A DNA stretch of 64,000 nt from Alphaproteobacteria bacterium (GCA_965227095.1 CBDDFL010000002.1:3107-67106); one strand, 5' to 3'. Positions 8,870 through 18,719 are shown, counted from the stretch's first letter. The notes: generated from the sequence alone by a model not told the origin. Made by a program: numbers and translations.

Positions 8870-9155
8870 GGCGCTTCCCGTCAATCAATGCTTGGGCGTC
8901 TTGCATCGCCTTGGCATGGGGCGTTGTGGGGCTTGGATCGTCCAGCGCTTCCTGTACCTTCGCCCGGAACCAGGCGTCATAGGCATCTGGATCAGCGGTC
9001 AATCCGGCAGGCAACCCGCCTTCCGCAGCCACACGGGTCAGAAGGATGCGCACCGCATCGGAGAGCGTCAGACCAACGCCGGCAAGTGCATCCGAGGCTT
9101 GCGCTTTCAGCTGATCGTCAACACGGACATGAAGCATGGATGTTTGGGCAGGCAT
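8856..9155 (-). CDS. Type II TA antitoxin, RelB/DinJ family
   Basis: MLHVRVDDQLK..LAGVGLTLSDAVRILLTRVAAEGGLP. Confidence 0.92.
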   Translation of the reverse strand: MPAQTSMLHVRVDDQLKAQASDALAGVGLTLSDAVRILLTRVAAEGGLPAGLTADPDAYDAWFRAKVQEALDDPSPTTPHAKAMQDAQALIDGKRLAKS

Positions 9156-9183
9156 GGATGGTCCTCCTATCGCTCGCATTGAT

Positions 9184-9201
9184 GTATCTCATTTGAGATA
9201 C
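9184..9201. promoter_or_regulatory. TA operon autoregulatory operator
   Basis: Inverted repeat GTATCTCA-TT-TGAGATAC about 30 bp upstream of the antitoxin. Confidence 0.7.
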
Positions 9202-9257
9202 GATTTCAAGTTGGCAGCATGTGCGCGCAGTCCTTTGTTACTGACTAAGCGCAAAAC

Positions 9258-9914
9258 TCAGCCACCCTGCCCCGCCAGAAACTCCGCCAGCACAGGACTG
9301 GCCGCGCCCTTTGCGGAGCTGAGCAGCTCCGAGCCCGCAAGCGAGGCCTTTGAGAGCCGTACGAGCCCGCCGGTTCCCTCGATGCGGTAGCAGCGGCGTT
9401 TTTGCCGCCCACGCCTGTAGTGGGTCGCAATGACGATCTGGCAGGTGCTGCCATCGGTGAGCGTCACCGGTGTTGCGAGCTTGATCTTGTCGCCTTCCTC
9501 GTAGTCCGGAATCGACGCCCAATCCCGGCAGCGCTGGCGCCAGGCATGCGCGTAGCTGTCCGGGTCTTTCAGGTCGGAGAGAAGCTCGATCAGCCCAAGG
9601 GGAGCACGAGACTCGTTCGGGCCAGCGCTTTCCTCCATGTCCTTGTAGCCCCAGCAGCCGTCGTCGTATCGGGTGAGGAATACGGCACCGAAGGTGACGG
9701 AGCCGTCAGGGTCTGTGACATAGGTCGCATCTTCAACCGGAGATCCGTGGAGGTTTGTGACCCTCGCTGCCGCATACCAGGTCGAACCCACCTTGCAGGC
9801 CTTGAGCAGTTCTGTCTTTCGGATGTCGGTCTCGAAGGTACAGAGCCGTGTAATTTCCGCCTTCTCATCCGCGTAGGATTTGATGCGGCGATCAGTGTAG
9901 AAGAGCCATCCCAC
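9258..9914 (-). CDS. Conserved plasmid protein (DUF6927-like)
   Basis: MGWLF..VGSTWYAA..WGYKDMEESAGP..YAHAWRQRC. Confidence 0.75.
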   Translation of the reverse strand: MGWLFYTDRRIKSYADEKAEITRLCTFETDIRKTELLKACKVGSTWYAAARVTNLHGSPVEDATYVTDPDGSVTFGAVFLTRYDDGCWGYKDMEESAGPNESRAPLGLIELLSDLKDPDSYAHAWRQRCRDWASIPDYEEGDKIKLATPVTLTDGSTCQIVIATHYRRGRQKRRCYRIEGTGGLVRLSKASLAGSELLSSAKGAASPVLAEFLAGQGG

Positions 9915-10507
9915 TATGCCGCCCTCCGATCGTCGATCTCCATGAGCGCATCGAGCGGCACGCGGTAGGGCTGCATGGCGTCGAAATCCTCACAATTGCC
10001 GCAGTTCTGGACGATCGCGAAGGTGTCGCAGGCATCCTTGAGGATCACCCGGAAAGTGCCGCCCAGGCCGGAGGGCACATCATACGTCCCGCCGATGAGA
10101 TAGTCCGAGGCCCGGCGCACGAAGACGCGGATGCTGTGGCCATCGGTGGCGAGCCGGATCGTGCCCTGCCCCCGGTCGATGAGCGCTTGCACATCGTCCA
10201 GGATGTCTGTGTAGAACTGACCGGTCAGGTCACGAAACGCCATACGGCGCTGCGCCATCCAGTCGTTGTCCCGAAACGGGTTCATGCCATCGGCGAAGGC
10301 GAAGGAGGGATCCGCCTGCTCGGTCGTGACGATGCGGGTTGTTGTGCCATCAATGCCGTTCGAGCGCAGATGCACGCCATTGCCGACGATCAGGATCAGG
10401 GCGGGCTTGTCCACCGGCCCGTTCCAGTTGGGCAAGAAGGTCTTGCAGGCGCGCGCAAGGGCGATCTGCGCCGCGACAGCGGACGCGGAGAACTTGAGAA
10501 TAGCCAT
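9914..10507 (-). CDS. Plasmid hypothetical protein (DUF3085-like N-terminus)
   Basis: LILIVGNGVHLRSNG..AFADGMNP..W pattern; coupled to the next gene. Confidence 0.6.
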   Translation of the reverse strand: MAILKFSASAVAAQIALARACKTFLPNWNGPVDKPALILIVGNGVHLRSNGIDGTTTRIVTTEQADPSFAFADGMNPFRDNDWMAQRRMAFRDLTGQFYTDILDDVQALIDRGQGTIRLATDGHSIRVFVRRASDYLIGGTYDVPSGLGGTFRVILKDACDTFAIVQNCGNCEDFDAMQPYRVPLDALMEIDDRRAA

Positions 10508-10584
10508 GGGGATGTCTTTCTGTTCGGTGTGGGAAAGGGTCGACCCGCGCAAGGCTCAAACACCGCGCGGGTCGAGAGGGTCGC

Positions 10585-12558
10585 TCAGGCCGCTTTCGCG
10601 ACGTCGCTGTCTGGCTCCGAGGTTTCCATCGTGGACGCGTCGTTCAGCTCGATCCCGGCGGTCTGCATCATCGGCGGGCACCAGGCGGCCACGGCAGCGC
10701 GCTGCGCGTCCGTGAGCGTGGCGAAGGGTTCGGCGAAGAGCTTGTCGCAAAAGGCGACGATCTCCTTCTTGCTCGACGAGGCCAGCGTCACCGCCTCCTG
10801 GGCAAGGCCCAGATCCTCGCCCAGAATTTTGAGGAGCCAGGCCTTCTTGAAGCGGTTGAACAGAGCCGCGTTCGGCGTCCAATGCGCGCGGATGTCGGGC
10901 ATGATCTCGATCTCGAAGTCATGCATAAGGCTGTCGCGCTGGCGATCCCGCGCAAAGCAGGACTGCGTGGTGCTTGCTGTGGCATAGGCGACAAGCTTGG
11001 CCTTCTCGCCTGCCTCCAGCGCGCGGAACGCCGCGAACTGATCGGCCGGGGACCGGGCCTCATCGAGCCACGAGAGGTCAAGCGCATCATGCGCCGCGGC
11101 CACCTGCTCGAGCGACGTGCCGTCGATGTCGTCCATCTTGGCATGGCTGCGGTATTCCTTGCGGGCATCGACCTTGATCGTCTGCGTGACATTCATGCCG
11201 CTGCCCAGAACGTCGCTCACCAGCTTGAAGAGGGTCAGATCGAGCGTGGCCTCGGGGTGCAACGCCATCGCGGCGCCAAGGGCCATCGCACGTTCGGTCT
11301 TGAGATCCTCTGCCAGCGAAGCCGGATAGGTGATCTCGCTTGGGTCGGGCTCGTCCTTGCCGGTCTGGTTCCCGGAAGGGCTGCGAGACGCCTCTTGCTT
11401 GTCCTCAGGGCGCACGAGGCCCACATGCAGCGTCACCTGTCCACTCGACCACGACGCAATCACGCCTGCGCGGGCGAGGTCCTCGGTGGTGTAGGCCTCC
11501 TGCAGGTCGCGGGCTTCCTCTTCCAAGACGTCCACACGCTCGTAGAGGGCATTGTATGCACCGTCCTCGAGCCCCTCATCCTCCATCTCGAGCTGCAGTT
11601 TGTCGAGCTCGGCAGTGATCTCATCGATGCGCTTCTGGGCGGCCTCATCGGGCTCGATCGGGCCGGGATAGACGCGGCCGTAGTCGGCCATGGTCGCGTA
11701 ATCATAGCGCACCATCGAGTCCGCCCAGGCAAAGCCCAGCCTCATACGGGCCTCCTCGGCGGCGGCAACGAGCTTCTCGAGCAGGATCGTCTCGACCAGC
11801 GCAGCATCCTCGAGCACCGAATGCTCCTCCAGCAGATCGGCCGCGATAGCGCCGCCGCGCGCTTGATATTCCTCGCGTACGAAGGCCCCGATATCGTCGC
11901 TGACCTGCACGCCGCGGGACTTGAGCGCCTGACGCACCGTATAAGCCTGCAGGTAGCTGTCTTCCTTGGTCAGCGCCTCGAAGACCTCACGTTGCACTTC
12001 CTGGCTTGGATGCTCGGCAAAGGCCTTCATCGTATCGAGCGTGATCACCTTGGCACGGGCCGCCGCGCGGATGTCGGGATGGATGAATCCGTAGCGCAAC
12101 CGGCCTTTCACGGCGGAAACAGTGGTGCCGAAGGTTTTGGCGATGGTCTCAGGCGTCTGGCCGTCGACCTCCATCATCCGCGCGAACGCCTCGAACTCGT
12201 CAATCGCGTTCATGGGGGCCTGGGTGATGTTCTCGGCGAGGGACAGCGCCGTCGTCACGTCGCAATCCTCTGGCACGAGGCGGCAGTCGATCTTGGTCTT
12301 GGCGGTGAAGCCCTTCGCGGCCTTGTCCGCGACCAGCTCCTTCAGCGCGGCATGGCGTCGGCCGCCGGCGAGAACAGCGTGTTTGCCGTCGATCTTCTGG
12401 ATCAGAAGCGGCTGAAGCAGGCCCAACACCGCGATGCTGGCCTTCAGATGGGCGATGTTCTCGGGATCATAGGTTTCCGGGGAGTTACTGCGCACGTTGG
12501 CGGGGTGGGCAGTCAGATCGGTGATGGCGACGGAAACGGGTTTGAAACTTGCGGTCAT
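10585..12558 (-). CDS. ParB/Spo0J-domain plasmid protein (leading-region type)
   Basis: NVR..LKASIAVLGLLQPLLI..AGGRRHAAL..SLAENI..DEFEAF; 657 aa. Confidence 0.9.
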   Translation of the reverse strand: MTASFKPVSVAITDLTAHPANVRSNSPETYDPENIAHLKASIAVLGLLQPLLIQKIDGKHAVLAGGRRHAALKELVADKAAKGFTAKTKIDCRLVPEDCDVTTALSLAENITQAPMNAIDEFEAFARMMEVDGQTPETIAKTFGTTVSAVKGRLRYGFIHPDIRAAARAKVITLDTMKAFAEHPSQEVQREVFEALTKEDSYLQAYTVRQALKSRGVQVSDDIGAFVREEYQARGGAIAADLLEEHSVLEDAALVETILLEKLVAAAEEARMRLGFAWADSMVRYDYATMADYGRVYPGPIEPDEAAQKRIDEITAELDKLQLEMEDEGLEDGAYNALYERVDVLEEEARDLQEAYTTEDLARAGVIASWSSGQVTLHVGLVRPEDKQEASRSPSGNQTGKDEPDPSEITYPASLAEDLKTERAMALGAAMALHPEATLDLTLFKLVSDVLGSGMNVTQTIKVDARKEYRSHAKMDDIDGTSLEQVAAAHDALDLSWLDEARSPADQFAAFRALEAGEKAKLVAYATASTTQSCFARDRQRDSLMHDFEIEIMPDIRAHWTPNAALFNRFKKAWLLKILGEDLGLAQEAVTLASSSKKEIVAFCDKLFAEPFATLTDAQRAAVAAWCPPMMQTAGIELNDASTMETSEPDSDVAKAA

Positions 12559-12715
12559 GAGATTTCCTTTTCGATGGGTAGGGTGCGGCCGGCGCGTTCA
12601 AACGCGTGACCAATCCCCGGGTTCGGGGATCAAAAGGACAAAAGGCCCGCTTTGCCTTTGAGGGGTCTGCGGGCCTTCCGTGTCGGTTGTGTGGGCATTG
12701 AGGCTGCCCCCTGCG

Positions 12716-13105
12716 CTACCAGTCGCGCGCCATCATGATGGTTAGCACGCGCATGGTGGTTTCGGGGTTATCCGGGGCCTCGGACCCGTAACGGAAGTCA
12801 GAATCCGCTTCATAGAGATCGATTTTCCAGAACACGGTTTCGCCCCGGATCTCGACCGCCCCGAAATCATGCCATCCCTCCGGATCGTTCTCTGGCTCAA
12901 ACGTCTCGAACGTACCGGTCGCTTTCACCGCCTCGGCCATGAAACCGTCCCCCGCCTCCATGAGCGAGCGGGTCACATGCATCCGGCCTTGGATGGGCGC
13001 CTCCGGTGCTATCCCGAGGCAGGCGAGCTTGCGGAAAGCGTCATTCTGAGCGGCGATTACGGCGGGGTCTGGGCGGTCTGTCAGAGGCTGTGCTGCGTTG
13101 GTCAT
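12716..13105 (-). CDS. DUF3768-domain protein
   Basis: IAAQNDAFR..ENDPEGWHDFG..VFWKID..TMRVLTIM. Confidence 0.85.
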   Translation of the reverse strand: MTNAAQPLTDRPDPAVIAAQNDAFRKLACLGIAPEAPIQGRMHVTRSLMEAGDGFMAEAVKATGTFETFEPENDPEGWHDFGAVEIRGETVFWKIDLYEADSDFRYGSEAPDNPETTMRVLTIMMARDW

Positions 13106-13175
13106 GGGTCTGTCCTTTGAGAAGTTTGAAACACCCTTCCCAAAGCCTGCTTTCCCTTTGCCGACACACATCCCC

Positions 13176-14114
13176 TCAAGCGGCCTGGTCGACCTCCCCA
13201 GCCCTGCCCGCCTCCGATCGCGCAATAAGGTAATCAAAGGCGCGCTGCGCATCGGCCGCGTGCTTGAAAATCGCCTGCTTGTCCGAGCGCAGCACCCGCA
13301 GCCAGTTGTAGAGGTAAGCGGCATTCATCTCGAGCGTATGCGACGTGAACCCAAGTTCCTGCCCCAGAAAGCAGGACGTGAGCTCGGCCACGATCTCCTC
13401 GCGCGCATAGGCTGTGTTGCCAAACTGCGAAAGACCGTAGTCGCGGTTCAAGCGATGGCGCACCTTTGTGGCATGGCCCAGTTCATGGGCCCAAACCCCA
13501 TAGAAATTTCTCGGGTTCTGGAACCGCGTAATCGGCGGCATGTAAACCTTGTCAACCGGCGGCAGATAGTAGGCGTCGCTACCCGTGAAGACGGTAGTGA
13601 TATCGATGGCATCAAAAAAAGCCTGCATATGCGGAATGGGCTCAGCGGGTGCATGCTCCGGTACCGGGTCCGATTCGGGATGGAAGCTGTCCGGCAACCC
13701 CTCGATCTGGCACGCGTTGAACACGCGATAGGATTTCTGGAAACGGAAGACGCGGGCCTCGTCACCATCTGCCTCACCATCGTCTCGCGCCTCGTCGCCC
13801 TCACCCTGCCTCCGGCTTTGGCCATAGTAGACCACCACGGAGGACTTCTCGCCCTTGCGCACTTTGGCGTCCAGGGCATTGGCCTGTGGAATGGTCATCC
13901 AGTAGGGCGAGCTGTAGCCCGCCATCACAGTCCGCATGGTCAGCAGGAAGTTGTTGACGCCTTGATATGCCTCGCCGTTGTGACGGAGCGGGCGGGAACT
14001 GCCACCGGCGGTCCAGGGCTTGCGCCACGGCAGGACACCGCGCTCGATGATACGGATGATTTCGTTTGTGATGACCTCGGAGGCATCGAATTTGGGCGTG
14101 CGGGAACGGGCCAT
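13176..14114 (-). CDS. ardC: ArdC-like antirestriction / ssDNA-binding protein
   Basis: LPWRKPW..YQGVN..VRKGEKS..YRVFNACQIEGLP..HELGHAT..YAREEIVAEL. Confidence 0.92.
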   Translation of the reverse strand: MARSRTPKFDASEVITNEIIRIIERGVLPWRKPWTAGGSSRPLRHNGEAYQGVNNFLLTMRTVMAGYSSPYWMTIPQANALDAKVRKGEKSSVVVYYGQSRRQGEGDEARDDGEADGDEARVFRFQKSYRVFNACQIEGLPDSFHPESDPVPEHAPAEPIPHMQAFFDAIDITTVFTGSDAYYLPPVDKVYMPPITRFQNPRNFYGVWAHELGHATKVRHRLNRDYGLSQFGNTAYAREEIVAELTSCFLGQELGFTSHTLEMNAAYLYNWLRVLRSDKQAIFKHAADAQRAFDYLIARSEAGRAGEVDQAA

Positions 14115-14154
14115 GGCTGGCCTCCTTTCGAGTGTTGGTGTGAGGGGATAGTGA

Positions 14155-14625
14155 TCAGGCTGGCCGACTGGCGCGTGGATCGTTGACGATCCTGGCACCA
14201 AGCTCTTCGACCATGTCGATGTACGTGGTTAGAGAGACGGCCCGGCCAGGACCCCAAGGTTCAGGGTCGACCGATCCTCCCCGTGTTACGCGGGGGAGGT
14301 TCGCGAAAGCGATGACATCGGTGACGGGTCGGATATCGATGAACGGCGTGCCTCGTGCGACCGCAAGAGCGGCCAAGGGAAAGCGCTCGATCGGCGCGAA
14401 GGTCGACACTGTGGTCCAACCCAAATGGATGAATGTCCCGCCATCGCCGCAGATCAAATGGGCGTTCGGCAATGTCGCCGCCTGCCTGAGATGGACGAGA
14501 TCGCGCAACACGGTCTCGCGTTCGAGCCGCCGTGCCAATTCCAGCTGGCCAGCTCGGCGCAGTTCCTTGTGCCGCCACCAGGAGGCGGCGGTCGCGCGCA
14601 GCACGCGCAAGACACCTGTTTGCAT
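14155..14625 (-). CDS. Hypothetical plasmid protein
   Basis: 156-aa ORF co-oriented with and upstream of ardC. Confidence 0.6.
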   Translation of the reverse strand: MQTGVLRVLRATAASWWRHKELRRAGQLELARRLERETVLRDLVHLRQAATLPNAHLICGDGGTFIHLGWTTVSTFAPIERFPLAALAVARGTPFIDIRPVTDVIAFANLPRVTRGGSVDPEPWGPGRAVSLTTYIDMVEELGARIVNDPRASRPA

Positions 14626-14971
14626 GGGAATGCCCTTAATCAGGAAAGACAGACCGGAACCCGGCCCGGACCCGTCCGAGGGACCCCAAAGGCCCTCATC
14701 CGTCAGTCACAAAACCCGAAGGACACTTTCACTTTTCCCGGCCCCACCAGCCCGGGAAAAGAACTTCAGGGGCCGGCACGGCCCCAGTTTTCTTCATTGC
14801 ACGCAGAAACTCAGGATCGGCAACGGACATCGGCAAGGCCACACCTAAGAGTTCTATTTTTACAATTCATATCAATGAATTATAGCAAGCCTCAGATCGG
14901 CAATCTTCTCTGGTGACTGTCTGACATATCCTAGCGGTGCTTGTCCTGAGCACCGGATGCGACAAGCCTCT

Positions 14972-16066
14972 TCACTTCGCTGACAGGGAATAGCTGGTAC
15001 TACGTCCACCAGCGTCATCTTTCTCAAGTGCTCCCAAGTCGATCAGGTCGAGGATGTCGCGATATGCGGTGTCCTGCGAACACTTCTCTATCTTCGCATA
15101 TTTCGACGTCGTGAGTTTTCCTTCGAACCCATCGAGGAGGCGGTTAAGCATGTCCCGCTGGCGGTCGTTGATGTTGGCCGTTGCGTATTTCTCCCAGAAC
15201 CGCGCCTTTTGAAACACAGCCTCCAAAATGATCTCTGCGCCATCAAATGCGCGGTCGAGGCAATTCAGGAACCAAATGAGCCAAGTCGTGACATCAAGCC
15301 CCCCCTTCTGCGTCGTCTCGAGCATATCGTAATAGGCGCTCCGCTCCTGACGGATTTGGGTCGACATGCTGTAAAACCGCTGTGAACTGCGTTCGGATCG
15401 CGCCAACGCCATATCCGCGATCGCACGCGCAATGCGCCCGTTGCCATCGTCGAAGGGGTGGATCGTGACGAACCACAGATGTGCAATTGCGGCATGAATA
15501 ACGGGATCCGTATCGGGGGCCTGATTGAACCAGGTCAGAAACCGCGCCATCTCTGTATCAAGCCGTGCTGCTCCCGGCGCCTCAAAATGCACGCGCTCGC
15601 GACCCATAGGTCCTGAAACAACCTCCATAGGGCCGATCCGCCACTGCCCTACGGTGATCCGGGTCATTCCGCTTCGCCCCGTCGGAAAAAGGGCGGCATG
15701 CCAGCCGAACAATCGCTCCGCGTCCAGCGGTTGGTCATACGCTTGCGTCGCGTCCAGCATCATCTCGACGACCCCATCGACATGGCGATCAGACGGGATC
15801 AGCCCGCCGATTTCGAGCCCCAGCCGTTTTGCGATAGACGACCGAACCTGATCTTTGTCGAGCGTCTCGCCTTCGATCTCGCTGCTCTTGACGACATCAC
15901 TGGTGAGAGTTCGCAACATCGCTTCGTTTTGAAGATCAAAGCCAAGGCCTTCCATGCGTCCCAAGAGCTTGCCTTGTCGGTGGCGGACAGCGGCAAGTTG
16001 TGAAGACAGCTTGGCCTTGTCCCAAGAAAACTGCGGCCAGTCAGTGATTTCGTGAATGTAGGTCAT
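14972..16066 (-). CDS. Fic family protein (DUF4172 + Fic + C-terminal HTH)
   Basis: HPFDDGNGRIAR Fic motif; MTYIHE..WPQFSWD N-terminus; GGRSTSY C-terminus. Confidence 0.93.
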   Translation of the reverse strand: MTYIHEITDWPQFSWDKAKLSSQLAAVRHRQGKLLGRMEGLGFDLQNEAMLRTLTSDVVKSSEIEGETLDKDQVRSSIAKRLGLEIGGLIPSDRHVDGVVEMMLDATQAYDQPLDAERLFGWHAALFPTGRSGMTRITVGQWRIGPMEVVSGPMGRERVHFEAPGAARLDTEMARFLTWFNQAPDTDPVIHAAIAHLWFVTIHPFDDGNGRIARAIADMALARSERSSQRFYSMSTQIRQERSAYYDMLETTQKGGLDVTTWLIWFLNCLDRAFDGAEIILEAVFQKARFWEKYATANINDRQRDMLNRLLDGFEGKLTTSKYAKIEKCSQDTAYRDILDLIDLGALEKDDAGGRSTSYSLSAK

Positions 16067-16081
16067 ATTTTGCGCATTCCT

Positions 16082-16164
16082 TGCGGAGATTATACCGCAT
16101 AATCTCGTCAAGACAACAATAACTGCCGCAAAATCTGCGGAGAATACAGGCGGCAATCTCCGCA
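16082..16164. promoter_or_regulatory. TGCGG/CCGCA inverted-repeat cluster upstream of fic (candidate autoregulatory operator)
   Basis: TGCGGAGATTATACCGCA, CCGCAAAATCTGCGG and TGCGGAGAAT..ATCTCCGCA. Confidence 0.5.
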
Positions 16165-16211
16165 TGCCCCACCTGGAACTCTGAACGTGGAAAAACTGCG
16201 TCCCCATCCCA

Positions 16212-17573
16212 TCATGCAGCCTGCCCGCTCAATCGACCATAGAAGCTGCGCTCGAGATGCAGCTCCCCTGCCCCGGCTTTCTCGACCATGCCACGCAGAT
16301 ATCCGCCCGGTGACGCCACTTCGCCGGCGCAGTGCTTGTCGAACGTGAGAACCAGCGCCGCAGTCGCGATTTGTGGCCCAAGTCGGTCCTGCGCGAGGTT
16401 CCAGGCGTGTTCAGAAACGCCGATCATCGGCCTCAACTGCCCCACAACACGGTGCAGATCGCCCCAATCCTTCAGGTATCCGCCCATATTGCGCGCCCAG
16501 GACGCAAATTCAGGACAGGCTTGCATGACTGTCGGCAGATCAAGAGCTGCCCCGCGCTTCTTACGCGTTTCAGCCACCCAATCTTCCAACTCCCTATCAA
16601 CCCGCTCTTCCGGTGGCGCATTTGGCACCACGCTCGCCGCTTCCTCTTTTTCTGAGGAATTACAGGTTACAGGATTAAGTTGGTTTGTAATTAGTATATG
16701 AGGTTCGGAAATGACCTCCCTGGGGTCCATTTCTTGAGTCTTCTGAAGTGCTTGCTCGGTGGTTTCGCCTGTGTTTTCCACAACCTCATCCGCCCGAACT
16801 GCCTTGAGATAGGCCACCTCGACACGCTCCTGAAGCTCCCGGAACCATTCCAAGAGCCGTGTGAGCGTCTCAGAGGCCGTGTCCCGTCGAGGAAGACGGT
16901 CCAGGAGATCCTCAAAGAGGCCTGTGAGCTGCGTCCAGGGGCCTCTCAGAGCGCTGCCGAGCGCCGCTTCGATCCTGGCGCGGATCATCCGGTGCGCAAC
17001 CGTGATCTGGCGCTTCAGGCGCTGACACAGCTCACGCTCAGCCTGCAATTCGGCGTGCAACTGCGCGAACTCTTCGACGCGGGCCGACAGCGGCGACAAA
17101 TCGAAGCCGTAGGCCTCGATGATGACGCCATCCGCGTCCCTGCGGCCCCACCGCTTGCCGTTGGGGCTGTCTTTGAAGGAGATCAGCCCGATCTCCGCCA
17201 GGCGCCGTGCGTGGCGTTTTAGCGCGGACAGCGAGAAGCCTGTCTGCTCCATCAGATAGGCATTGGATGCCCAGACGATCGGGCGGCGTCCCTCCTCCCA
17301 GTCCCGGGCCTGTGTGAATGCCCCGAGCGTGTCCAGGAGCATCATATCGCCCGCCTTGAGACCAATATGGGCACCCACGCGCTTTACGGCCACGAAGGCC
17401 TGTGCCTTGGGAACGGCTGCTTTCTCGCCGACCTGTGCATGTTGCTCAGCCACTGCGAGTCCTGCCGTTGCTTTGCGCCACCCGGACGGTTGGTTGATAT
17501 TGGACACACCTCCACCAATCTGAGGCATGCCTGTCCCAGTCGCTCCATGCGGAGCATCATTGAATTTTTTCAT
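16212..17573 (-). CDS. repC: Plasmid replication initiator RepC
   Basis: PIVWASNAYL..DSPNGKRWGRR..AYGFDLSPL..SPGGYLRGM. Confidence 0.95.
   Translation of the reverse strand: MKKFNDAPHGATGTGMPQIGGGVSNINQPSGWRKATAGLAVAEQHAQVGEKAAVPKAQAFVAVKRVGAHIGLKAGDMMLLDTLGAFTQARDWEEGRRPIVWASNAYLMEQTGFSLSALKRHARRLAEIGLISFKDSPNGKRWGRRDADGVIIEAYGFDLSPLSARVEEFAQLHAELQAERELCQRLKRQITVAHRMIRARIEAALGSALRGPWTQLTGLFEDLLDRLPRRDTASETLTRLLEWFRELQERVEVAYLKAVRADEVVENTGETTEQALQKTQEMDPREVISEPHILITNQLNPVTCNSSEKEEAASVVPNAPPEERVDRELEDWVAETRKKRGAALDLPTVMQACPEFASWARNMGGYLKDWGDLHRVVGQLRPMIGVSEHAWNLAQDRLGPQIATAALVLTFDKHCAGEVASPGGYLRGMVEKAGAGELHLERSFYGRLSGQAA
16645..16712. other. AT-rich segment inside repC (candidate oriV)
   Basis: AT-rich island with tandem TTACAGG in a GC-rich gene; repABC origins map inside repC. 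Confidence 0.5.
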
Positions 17574-17659
17574 TTTTTTTGCCAGCAGACAAAGAAATCC
17601 CGTTCGCTCAGGAGCGATTTCTCTTGTGTGGTGATTCGGTGGCTGCTAGATTCTAGGTG

Positions 17660-17723
17660 TCTAATCTAAGAATTGCGCTTTGCGCAGCAGCCCTCGAAGC
17701 TCCGGTTTCGGGGGTTTTTCTTT
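17660..17723 (+). ncRNA. Counter-transcribed RNA (ctRNA) of the repABC replicon
   Basis: repB-repC intergenic, antisense; GANTC-containing promoter ending TAGATTCT; hairpin CCCTCGAAGCTCCGGTTTCGGGGG followed by a T-run; 5' end approximate. Confidence 0.7.
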
Positions 17724-17750
17724 GCTCGCCTTCCTCCTTTCTGCTCGTCC

Positions 17751-18719
17751 TCAGTTTTCATCCGTCCGGTTTACAGTTGTAAACTCGGCGTAGGATCTCT
17801 TGATGATTTCAGCCAGGTTGTCGTCGAGCCATTCCGCAAACTGCGCATTGGCACCTGATTTCTTGACTGACATCGATACAGAACCGCGACCTGTCTTGAT
17901 CGTCACGCCCTCGACTGGTGTCACTTCAGAGGTGACGTTGCCTTGTCGCGCCCCTCGCTTGGAGGCTTCTTTCAACAGCACTTCCAATCGGTCGTCGGAA
18001 CTCACTTCCTGACCGCAGTTTTTTAGAACGGACAGAGCAACATTCTCAGTGAGCTTTTTGGAGATGAAGAGCTCCGCAAGAGCGGTCCATTTGGGTCTGC
18101 CAGATTTCGGCGCAGCCCCAACAAGATCACCTACCTTTACCGGCACGTTCTGGGTCACTTTCATCAAATGCGATAGACCTGAGGCGGACAGGCTCAAAAC
18201 CTGCCTCACCGTGGGAGTGGCATGACCGGCCTCCAGGATAGCTTCTGCAAAACGCGCCTTTTCGTAGAATGAAAGGTTGCGGCGGGCAGCGTTTTCCAAA
18301 CCTTTTGCAAGAAGAGCCGTTTGGTCATCGATGTCTTGGACATTGGAGCGAACCTTGATGCCAAGTTCCCGACAGGCTCTCAGTCGCCGCCGACCATAGA
18401 TTGCCTCATACCGCCCTTCGGACTTCGCCTTTCGAACAAGGATTGGGACTTGTTGTCCACCATCCCGGATGCTGTTCTTGAGAGCATCGAACCCTGCGCC
18501 GTCATCGTCGGAGTTTACAGCTGTAAACTCGTCGAGCCGGTCCGTTGGACCCCAGTCATCAATTAGGTCCGGATCTATTTCACGAATTGCAGCAAGAGAC
18601 CCCTGCAGCGCTCCGAAAGCAGGTGCACTTGTCTTCGCGACCTTTTCCGCCGACTTTGCACCAGACCGCGCAATAGCGCTGGCAATACCGGACATTTCTT
18701 GGAGTGATTTCCTAGCCAT
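17751..18719 (-). CDS. repB: Plasmid partitioning protein RepB (ParB family)
   Basis: LKNSIRDGGQQVPILVR..YGRRRLRAC..ENAARRNLSFYEKARFA. Confidence 0.95.
   Translation of the reverse strand: MARKSLQEMSGIASAIARSGAKSAEKVAKTSAPAFGALQGSLAAIREIDPDLIDDWGPTDRLDEFTAVNSDDDGAGFDALKNSIRDGGQQVPILVRKAKSEGRYEAIYGRRRLRACRELGIKVRSNVQDIDDQTALLAKGLENAARRNLSFYEKARFAEAILEAGHATPTVRQVLSLSASGLSHLMKVTQNVPVKVGDLVGAAPKSGRPKWTALAELFISKKLTENVALSVLKNCGQEVSSDDRLEVLLKEASKRGARQGNVTSEVTPVEGVTIKTGRGSVSMSVKKSGANAQFAEWLDDNLAEIIKRSYAEFTTVNRTDEN
17769..17784. promoter_or_regulatory. parS-like palindrome 1 (one mismatch), inside the repB 3' end
   Basis: GTTTACAGTTGTAAAC. Confidence 0.7.
18511..18530. promoter_or_regulatory. parS palindrome 2, inside repB
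   Basis: Perfect GAGTTTACAGCTGTAAACTC; fits the repABC parS consensus GTTNNCNGCNGNNAAC. Confidence 0.8.

Noticed and set aside
10882-12609. 575-aa plus-strand ORF
   Set aside because: Antisense shadow of the ParB-like gene in GC-rich DNA; no motifs
13098-14186. 362-aa ORF opposite ardC, and similar shadows at 24219-25385, 27149-28192 and 37225-38451
   Set aside because: The opposite strand carries clear family motifs in each case
14790-14970. Possible oriT upstream of the ardC block (ATCGGCAA repeats, ATCCT motifs)
   Set aside because: No convincing nic-site match and no relaxase in the window
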